Below, in pieces: positions 9,810 through 16,726 of a DNA stretch of 19,664 bases; position 1 is the first letter of the stretch, and every line of letters starts with the position of its first letter. The notes beneath the pieces are model-generated. The model saw only the letters and a program-made list of their open reading frames with translations, had not been told where the DNA came from and did not search any database. Made by a program: the position numbers and the translations under genes. Origin of the DNA: Promethearchaeota archaeon (GTDB lineage: Archaea > Asgardarchaeota > Lokiarchaeia > Sigyniarchaeales > SOKP01); NCBI GenBank assembly GCA_048938445.1, contig JBHLME010000083.1:1-19664 (forward strand), read 5' to 3'.

Positions 9810-10790
9810 TTATTTGATTTTTTCTAATAATATGGATACTTTTTTAACAATTAAATCATCAAAACTTATAGTTTTACTCTTAAAACATGAGGGATATTTC
9901 ATTATTAGATCTAAATAATTTATGTTTAAGTATTCATAATTCTTGATGATCTTCAGCTTGTCAGAATATTTTCTCCATAGCTTACGAAAGTCTTCTATTG
10001 ACCATTTATTTAAAGAATCAATTGTTAATTGATTTAAGTCATTGCTTTTTTTAAGATAATCCTTAATAGTTGATTCTGGAAAGAAATATTGCCCATAAGG
10101 AATAGGAAAGGTTTGCCATAAATGTAAACCCCAAGGAGATGTATATAATGGTTCAAAAGTAAAAAAAAGATATCCATTCTTTTTAAGTACACGAATAGAT
10201 TCTTGTAACACCTTTTCTGGATCTAAAAAATGCTCAAAAGCGTTATATGAGTAAATAAAATCAATAGATTCGTTTTTAAATTGTAAATTTGAAGCATCCA
10301 TTTTTATTAAATTTACACCACTTTTCAATATCCTTTTATCGAAACCTTGAGATTGAATATCGATACCAAAGACTTCCTTTTTCATTTTTTGTAGAAAATA
10401 ACATACTAATCCATCATTACAACCTAATTCAAGAACCTTGTTAAATTTTCTATTATTATGCTTTATTAGTTTGATAAGCTCATTTGCTTTTATTCTTCCC
10501 AAATGTTTTAGACGTATTGTATCAAATTTTGCAATGAATTGTGGTGGATATTTTTGAAGCATCTCTACCATTATATCAGTTTTTAGCCAGACTGGTGTAG
10601 ATTTTGCGTTATTAAATATTACCTTGGCTTTATTAATCTGAGATTGGTTTAATAAAATCAAAAATTTGGATGTATATGGCAATAATTTATATACTATAAT
10701 GGTAGGTATAATTTTATCTAAAATTTGCTTCAATTTTGAATTAATTTTCAATATGATAGCTCTTATCATGTTCAAATCATATAAACGCAT
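9810..10790 (-). CDS. Class I SAM-dependent methyltransferase (Methyltransf_11-like)
   Basis: 326 aa. Motif I VLELGCNDG, followed by GIDI, DASNLQF, DFIYSYNAFEH and RVLKKNGYL. The true start among several N-terminal Mets is uncertain. Confidence 0.9.
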   Translation of the reverse strand: MRLYDLNMIRAIILKINSKLKQILDKIIPTIIVYKLLPYTSKFLILLNQSQINKAKVIFNNAKSTPVWLKTDIMVEMLQKYPPQFIAKFDTIRLKHLGRIKANELIKLIKHNNRKFNKVLELGCNDGLVCYFLQKMKKEVFGIDIQSQGFDKRILKSGVNLIKMDASNLQFKNESIDFIYSYNAFEHFLDPEKVLQESIRVLKKNGYLFFTFEPLYTSPWGLHLWQTFPIPYGQYFFPESTIKDYLKKSNDLNQLTIDSLNKWSIEDFRKLWRKYSDKLKIIKNYEYLNINYLDLIMKYPSCFKSKTISFDDLIVKKVSILLEKIK

Positions 10791-10815
10791 TTTTATTTCA
10801 TAATAAAATAAGAAA

Positions 10816-12003
10816 TTATCCTTTAGAGATGATTTCTTGTAAAAGTGATTCTAAATGAGGTATGCATTTATCGTAATAAAAATTATTTTTTACAATTTCG
10901 ATACCTTTTTCTGAAAACTTATCATAAAGAGTCTTATTTTTAAGTAGTAATAATGCTTTTTGGCTAAAATCTCTTATATCTCTTTTTTTTATCACATAAC
11001 CGGTTTGACCGTCAATTATTGTTTCAGAAGGGCCTCCCTCAAACGCAATAACCGGTGTTCCATTTCTCATTGACTCTACAGGGATTAATCCGAATGCTTC
11101 ATCTATCGGAGTGTAAAATGTTAAAGTCGAATTAGCATAAAATAAATCTAATAAAGAATCTTCAATAAATCCATAAAAAATAAGGTTTCTTTGAGGTATA
11201 TTTAATTTTTTAATGTATTTTTTCATTAATTTTTGATTTTCTTCCTTAATCCAACCTCCAATCAATAAAATTATATTGGGATTTTCTTTAAGAACCTCCT
11301 TGAATATAAGTAATAATTCTTTAACACCTTTCAAATGATGTGTGTAACCTAAAGCAAAAATAATAGGAATATTATCCTTGATATTTAATTTTTGATGTAA
11401 ATTAAACTTTTTAATATCTTTTCTGATATTATTAGTATTTTTAACTCCAATATAATGAACGTCACTATTCATGCCATACCATTCTTTAACTCTTTTTCTG
11501 ATAAAATCACTTATACTAATGATGTTATCTGTGCTTCTCGCTCCAATAATATCAAATTTCTTAAAAAAAAATCGAAGAATCCCACTAATTATTTTTAAAT
11601 TCCAAGGAGCATGAGAATAGAAATCATTATCATGGAAGAAACGATAAGGTTCTTGACAATAAAAAACATGTTTTTGCCCTTTTTTTTTTTCCATACTCGC
11701 GCAGAAATAATTTGAAGGAAAATTTAATGAAATAAATAGATCGCAATCTATTTTATTTAGAACTTTAACGTATTTTTTTTTAATATTATGGAAATTAATC
11801 CAAAATAAAGGACTTGATAGTATGGGGCCCCCAATTTCAATAAGCTCTATATTTTTATTAAATTTATAATTATTTTGATTGATTTTTTGAGCCACTATAG
11901 TAATATTATGACCTAATTCACTAAATTTATTCGCATAGTCTCTTAAAAATTTTCCATAACCTACAAAAACCGTTAGATGAGATGATACAAATACAATATT
12001 CAT
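10816..12003 (-). CDS. Glycosyltransferase family 4 (GT-B fold)
   Basis: 395 aa. Motifs: YCQEPYR, ISDF, LKG, and EAFGLIPVESMRNGTPVI...GGPSETIIDGQTG. Its start overlaps the upstream stop (ATGA, 12000-12003). Confidence 0.92.
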   Translation of the reverse strand: MNIVFVSSHLTVFVGYGKFLRDYANKFSELGHNITIVAQKINQNNYKFNKNIELIEIGGPILSSPLFWINFHNIKKKYVKVLNKIDCDLFISLNFPSNYFCASMEKKKGQKHVFYCQEPYRFFHDNDFYSHAPWNLKIISGILRFFFKKFDIIGARSTDNIISISDFIRKRVKEWYGMNSDVHYIGVKNTNNIRKDIKKFNLHQKLNIKDNIPIIFALGYTHHLKGVKELLLIFKEVLKENPNIILLIGGWIKEENQKLMKKYIKKLNIPQRNLIFYGFIEDSLLDLFYANSTLTFYTPIDEAFGLIPVESMRNGTPVIAFEGGPSETIIDGQTGYVIKKRDIRDFSQKALLLLKNKTLYDKFSEKGIEIVKNNFYYDKCIPHLESLLQEIISKG

Positions 12004-13127
12004 TTTGAAATTTCTCTTTTTTCGTTAATTAAATTATTTTCTAAATTTTTTTTACTCTTTAGATTGTTTGGTGTTAATTTTCTAACTATCCATTCAAGAC
12101 CTAAAATAAAATCGAATTTCTCCCAAATTCTTACAAACACTTCAACTAAGATTATAATGATTAACAAGGCTATTAATAAGGGAATAAATAAAAATCCAAC
12201 TTCATTCCAAGAATCAAATAAAATTGGGAAAACTAATAAACCCATTCCAATAATACCCCAATGAAAATAATATAAAGAAAACGAGACTTTACCCCATCGA
12301 GCGAGTGATTTATCTATAAAAATTGTTTTTTCTCTCATATCTGAAAAATAAAAAATTAATGGGAATAATATAAAAAACAATCCAGACGATCTAACATAAA
12401 GTGGGATAAAAGTAGTATCATGGAGAAAATCAAAACATAGAAAAAACATTATTGTGAAAGTTATCCCTATTATTATAGAACTAATTAAAATTTTTTTAAT
12501 TAACTTATCTGAAGAGGCGTTATAAATAATATCACCTATAAGCATTCCTAAAATAAAAAAAATTGTATAAGGAAAAAAGTGCCAATCGCCTCTTGTTAGA
12601 AATAATAGTGGTTCAATATGAAATATGTTAATGATAAATTCAATTAGGACCATCAAAATCGATAAAACAAAATAGAGTAGTATTCGAAATAATCTTTTTA
12701 AAAATGGCATGATCATATAAAATACTTGAGATACTGCTATAGTTTGAAATATACTCCAATAGAATAGACTATCAATTTGCAAGTTAAAGATATTTTTTAA
12801 AAGAATTTGTCCAAATATTATTTGGATAGCTGTTGAAATAGAAAAAATTAAAAGAGCTCGTATTGAAATCTGAATAAAAATTTCTTTTTTTAACTCCTTA
12901 TGATTAATTTTATTATTTATATAAAAAATCATATTAGTTCCAGAAACAATAAGAAAATAGGGACCAACTGCGCTTCCTATAAAAATAAAGATCCAGACTG
13001 TCAGAAAAAGTTCAGGAGAAGTATTTGAATCAATTTTAGTCCATTGCCACTGAACATGTCTTAGAATCATAAACACAATTACTATACCTTTTATAATATC
13101 TATGGTATTATATCGTTCTTTATCCAT
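12000..13127 (-). CDS. Membrane acyltransferase of HGSNAT-catalytic/DUF1624 (YeiB-like) type, paralog 2
   Basis: About 10 hydrophobic segments. Motifs: N-terminal RYNTIDIIKGIVIVFMILRH, F-x-x-VSG, SIFQTIA, GKVSFSLYYFH and C-terminal LEWIVR. The ORF opens at 13154, but ATG 13127 (MDKERYN) aligns with the paralog start (MKTGRYN). Confidence 0.72.
   Translation of the reverse strand: MDKERYNTIDIIKGIVIVFMILRHVQWQWTKIDSNTSPELFLTVWIFIFIGSAVGPYFLIVSGTNMIFYINNKINHKELKKEIFIQISIRALLIFSISTAIQIIFGQILLKNIFNLQIDSLFYWSIFQTIAVSQVFYMIMPFLKRLFRILLYFVLSILMVLIEFIINIFHIEPLLFLTRGDWHFFPYTIFFILGMLIGDIIYNASSDKLIKKILISSIIIGITFTIMFFLCFDFLHDTTFIPLYVRSSGLFFILFPLIFYFSDMREKTIFIDKSLARWGKVSFSLYYFHWGIIGMGLLVFPILFDSWNEVGFLFIPLLIALLIIIILVEVFVRIWEKFDFILGLEWIVRKLTPNNLKSKKNLENNLINEKREISK
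12733..12758. repeat. 26-bp exact repeat (copy 1) shared by the two HGSNAT-like paralogs
   Basis: actgctatagtttgaaatatactcca occurs at 12733-12758 and 14015-14040. It encodes WSIFQTIAV on the minus strand. Confidence 0.85.
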
Positions 13128-13308
13128 TATTTTATTACTCCTAAATTTTAACATTATTTTTTAAGGAAATTAACCTATAATAAAGGATTAGAGGACATAT
13201 CATCATCATTATCCAAAAGATTTATATTTTTATTCGATTCATCATTTCTTTAATTTAATTTTTGAGTGATAATTAATATAAAATTCATATTTAATCGCGA
13301 TTGTTTTA

Positions 13309-14409
13309 TTATGTAATACTAATATCTAAATTTTTTTCATCATTTTGTCTATTAGGTGTAAGTTTTCTTATTACCCATTCAAGACCAAAAATAAAATCAA
13401 ATTTCTCCCAAATTCTTAACAACACTTCAAGTAAGATAAAAATTAAAAGCAGGGCAATTAAGAGTGGTATTGTTATAAATCTATCTTGCACCCAAAAGGG
13501 AAAAATAAAGGGAAAAACTAATAATCCTATTCCAACTATTCCCCATGAAATATAGTATAAAGAGAAGGATACTTTACCCCATCTAATGAGGGATTTTTCA
13601 ATAGAAGTGTTTGTTTCTTTTATATCTGAAAAATAAAATATAAAACAATAGAAAATGAAGAAAAATCCTAATACTTTGATGAAATGTGGTAAAACACTTC
13701 CATCTGAATAATCAAAAAAAGGAAAATAAATCGTTAAAAAAGATACTCCTAAAAGTAAGCAACTAATCATAAACTGTTTAAATCCTTTATCTGAAGATAT
13801 GTTATGTATGATATCTCCTAAGGTCAAACCGAGAATAAATAATATAGAATAAGGTAAAAATCTCCATTCCCCTCTTACTAAAAATAATAAAGGTTCAAAA
13901 TTAAATAAATTAATAATAAATTCAAGTAGGAGGACTGAGATAGAAATAATAAAATAGAAAAGAATCCGATATATTCTTCTTAAAAAAGGTATCATAAAAA
14001 ATACTACTAGAGACACTGCTATAGTTTGAAATATACTCCAGTAGAAAAGATTATCAATTTGCGTGTTAAAGGTATTTTTTAAAAGAATCTGTCCAATAAC
14101 AATTTGAATTATTGTTGAAATTGAAAAAATAAAAAGAGCTCTGGTAGCACTTTGTATAAAGATATCCTTTTTAGATTCTTTTTTCATAGTTCTTACTTTA
14201 ACAAAGAGAAAGAAATTTGTTCCAGAAACGATTATGAAAAAGGGTCCAACGGCATTTCCAATAAACAATATAATTATTACCAAAGCTCTAAGATCAATTA
14301 GATTACTTGAATTCCATTTACTCCAAAATGCTGAAACATGGCTCAATACCATAACAACAAGTACAATACCTTTTATAATATCTATGGAATTATATCTCCC
14401 TGTTTTCAT
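13309..14409 (-). CDS. Membrane acyltransferase of HGSNAT-catalytic/DUF1624 (YeiB-like) type, paralog 1
   Basis: 366 aa. Motifs: RYNSIDIIKGIVLVVMVLSH, FIIVSG, LFYWSIFQTIAVS, RWGKVSFSLYY and GLEWVIRKLTPN. Its start overlaps the epimerase stop by 1 nt (TAATG). Confidence 0.72.
   Translation of the reverse strand: MKTGRYNSIDIIKGIVLVVMVLSHVSAFWSKWNSSNLIDLRALVIIILFIGNAVGPFFIIVSGTNFFLFVKVRTMKKESKKDIFIQSATRALFIFSISTIIQIVIGQILLKNTFNTQIDNLFYWSIFQTIAVSLVVFFMIPFLRRIYRILFYFIISISVLLLEFIINLFNFEPLLFLVRGEWRFLPYSILFILGLTLGDIIHNISSDKGFKQFMISCLLLGVSFLTIYFPFFDYSDGSVLPHFIKVLGFFFIFYCFIFYFSDIKETNTSIEKSLIRWGKVSFSLYYISWGIVGIGLLVFPFIFPFWVQDRFITIPLLIALLLIFILLEVLLRIWEKFDFIFGLEWVIRKLTPNRQNDEKNLDISIT
14015..14040. repeat. 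26-bp exact repeat (copy 2) shared by the two HGSNAT-like paralogs
   Basis: Identical to 12733-12758 and lies within longer flanking similarity. Confidence 0.85.
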
Positions 14410-15533
14410 TATTTAATCAATCCACTTTTAATTAGTATTTCATCAGCTAGATTTGAATTATCGATGACTCTACCTTGCTGAACCTTTACCCATTCTATCA
14501 ATTCTTTCATTCCTTCTTCAAACGTGTATTTTGGTTTATATCCTAACTTCGATGATATTTTTGAAATATCCGCAAAGCAATGGCGGATATCACCAGCACG
14601 GTACTTACTAGTAATATTTGGTTTGATCTTTGAATTTATATTTTTAGTGAGTACCTCAGCAACTTGGTTAATGGTGATCTGTCTTCCTGTTCCAACATTA
14701 AAAACTTCATTTTTTGCTTGATTCTTATCCATACTTAAAATTAATGCTTGACAAACGTCTTTAACATGAACAAAATCTCGGGATTGATATCCATCCTCAT
14801 AAATTCTTGGAGAATTTTGATTTAATAAACTAGATGAAAAAATTGCGCAAACCCCCGTATATGGATTAGATAAAGATTGTCTACTTCCATAAACATTAAA
14901 GAATCGAAGTGCTGTGGTATCCAATCCATAAGTTTCCCCTATTAACATGCACATTTTTTCTTGTTCTTTCTTTGTTAATGCATAGATAGAGGTGCAATTT
15001 TGAGGCTTTTCTTCGTTGGTTGGAATGGGGTTTAGGATTTTTCCACAATTAGGACATTTTATTTCCCAGAATCCTTCATTTAATTGATCTATTCCTCTTA
15101 AATCAGGATTTACTTGATTACAATGGTCACAAATATATCCGCCCTCACCATACGTTGACATTGAAGAGGCAACTATTAATTTTTTCACATCATTTTCTTT
15201 ATTTATTAAAATATCTAAGAGTTTAGCCGTGCCTAATGTATTAATTTCAACATATTTCTCAATCTGATACATTGACTGTCCAACACCGACCATTGCGGCT
15301 AAATGGTAAACAATTTCAATGTCTTTCAATGATTGAATTAAAGAATCTGTGTTAAGTATATCATCCCTAATAAACTTGATATTTTTTGCTAGATAATCTG
15401 GAGGTTTATTTAATATACCATGTACTTGAGGTTCTAAATTATCATAAACAGTAATTTCATGATCTCGCTTAATAAGTTCATCAACTAAATGGCTCCCAAT
15501 AAATCCTGCTCCGCCTAGAATTAAAATCTTCAT
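14409..15533 (-). CDS. NAD-dependent nucleotide-sugar epimerase/dehydratase (extended SDR) with a CxxC..CxxC insertion
   Basis: 374 aa. Motifs: GGAGFIG, HLAA, ASS, YALTK (YxxxK), LRFFNVYG, RDFVHVKD, FNVGTG and RAGDIRH. Confidence 0.93.
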   Translation of the reverse strand: MKILILGGAGFIGSHLVDELIKRDHEITVYDNLEPQVHGILNKPPDYLAKNIKFIRDDILNTDSLIQSLKDIEIVYHLAAMVGVGQSMYQIEKYVEINTLGTAKLLDILINKENDVKKLIVASSMSTYGEGGYICDHCNQVNPDLRGIDQLNEGFWEIKCPNCGKILNPIPTNEEKPQNCTSIYALTKKEQEKMCMLIGETYGLDTTALRFFNVYGSRQSLSNPYTGVCAIFSSSLLNQNSPRIYEDGYQSRDFVHVKDVCQALILSMDKNQAKNEVFNVGTGRQITINQVAEVLTKNINSKIKPNITSKYRAGDIRHCFADISKISSKLGYKPKYTFEEGMKELIEWVKVQQGRVIDNSNLADEILIKSGLIK

Positions 15534-15614
15534 TTTAATATTTTTTATTATAATTACACTTATAGATTTTAAAAATTTTAAGAATAATAGATCTAAATTC
15601 TTAAATTATGCTTA

Positions 15615-16634
15615 TTAAATTAATTTTAGAAAATAGTTAAGTATATTTAAAAATTTTTCAAAAAATTTCTTATTCTTCATATCTCCAATGAGACAAGGAT
15701 CCAACTTTCTTGATAGCTTTTGAAAAGGTATTAATTTTATCTCATTTCTAGATTTCTGTCTAATTCTTTTAATATTTTTATAATTTTTGATTAATTCACA
15801 GTACATAATTATTCGGAATTTGAATTTTCTGATCAAAATTGAATGAATTAATAAAATAAATTCCACAATTAAAAAATATGGAATCAACTTCTTAAAACCT
15901 TCAATATTTTTTGCAAAAAATAGAAATCTATTACGTTCAAGTAAGTAATATTTAAATGAATTAAGTTTCAATTCATGATCTTGATGTATTAAATAAGGAT
16001 CTTGAGTGCTATAAATTTTCATATTATTTCTAATACTTCTTAACGAGAAATCTGTATCCTCATAATATATAAAGAAATTTTGATCAAAACCTCCTAGACT
16101 AATAAAGGCATCTCTTTTCATAAAAAATGATCCTCCAGAAAATCGCAAGGTAGGTTTAGTAATGATATTCTCAGGTAATTCTTTAAATATTTCTTTTGTG
16201 TATGAAAAGCCCAATGCATGTATTTTTGCTCCAAAATAATGTATACCTCCCCTCTCTAAAATCATCGCGGGAGAGATAATAATCTCATTTGTTTTTTTAT
16301 ATTTTTCATACATTGCGTTTAATTTTTCAAAAAAGAGATTGGTAGGAAATATTACATCAACATTAGTAATAAATATAAATTCTCCTTTTGCTTTCAAAAC
16401 TCCAATATTGCTAGCTTTGGCAAATCCTATATTTTCTTTCTGGTTAATAACATTTATACTGAGCGAATCCTTATATGAATTAATAATTTCAACACTCGAA
16501 TCATTTGAATTATTATTTACGATGATTAGCTCAATATCAGAGTTATTTTTCAATTTTTTTATAGAATCTAGATTTCTTTTTAAGTATGGCGATCCATTCA
16601 ACATTGGAAATATGATAGATATTTTAGCACTCAT
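15615..16634 (-). CDS. Glycosyltransferase family 2 (rhamnosyltransferase-like subgroup)
   Basis: 339 aa. Motifs: IIVNNNSNDSS, ENIGFAKASNIG, NVD, GGFDQNFFIYYEDTDFSLR and RNR. AGAGGA lies 4 nt upstream of the ATG. Confidence 0.9.
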   Translation of the reverse strand: MSAKISIIFPMLNGSPYLKRNLDSIKKLKNNSDIELIIVNNNSNDSSVEIINSYKDSLSINVINQKENIGFAKASNIGVLKAKGEFIFITNVDVIFPTNLFFEKLNAMYEKYKKTNEIIISPAMILERGGIHYFGAKIHALGFSYTKEIFKELPENIITKPTLRFSGGSFFMKRDAFISLGGFDQNFFIYYEDTDFSLRSIRNNMKIYSTQDPYLIHQDHELKLNSFKYYLLERNRFLFFAKNIEGFKKLIPYFLIVEFILLIHSILIRKFKFRIIMYCELIKNYKNIKRIRQKSRNEIKLIPFQKLSRKLDPCLIGDMKNKKFFEKFLNILNYFLKLI

Positions 16635-16726
16635 ACTATCCTCTAAAATAATTTTTCTCTAAAAAAGAAATCTTTTGTTGAGATATAAAAAACAAGTTTA
16701 ATTAAGAATTTTATGCATAATTTTTT

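Noticed and set aside
12064-13555. Two + strand ORFs (12064..12264 and 13301..13555) with similar peptides (HSRPKIKSNFSQIL)
   Set aside because: They are antisense shadows of the duplicated membrane acyltransferases. The similarity is explained by the minus-strand paralogy.
14234-16662. Short + strand ORFs 14234..14416, 14524..14721 and 16339..16662
   Set aside because: They are antisense shadows of strongly supported genes.
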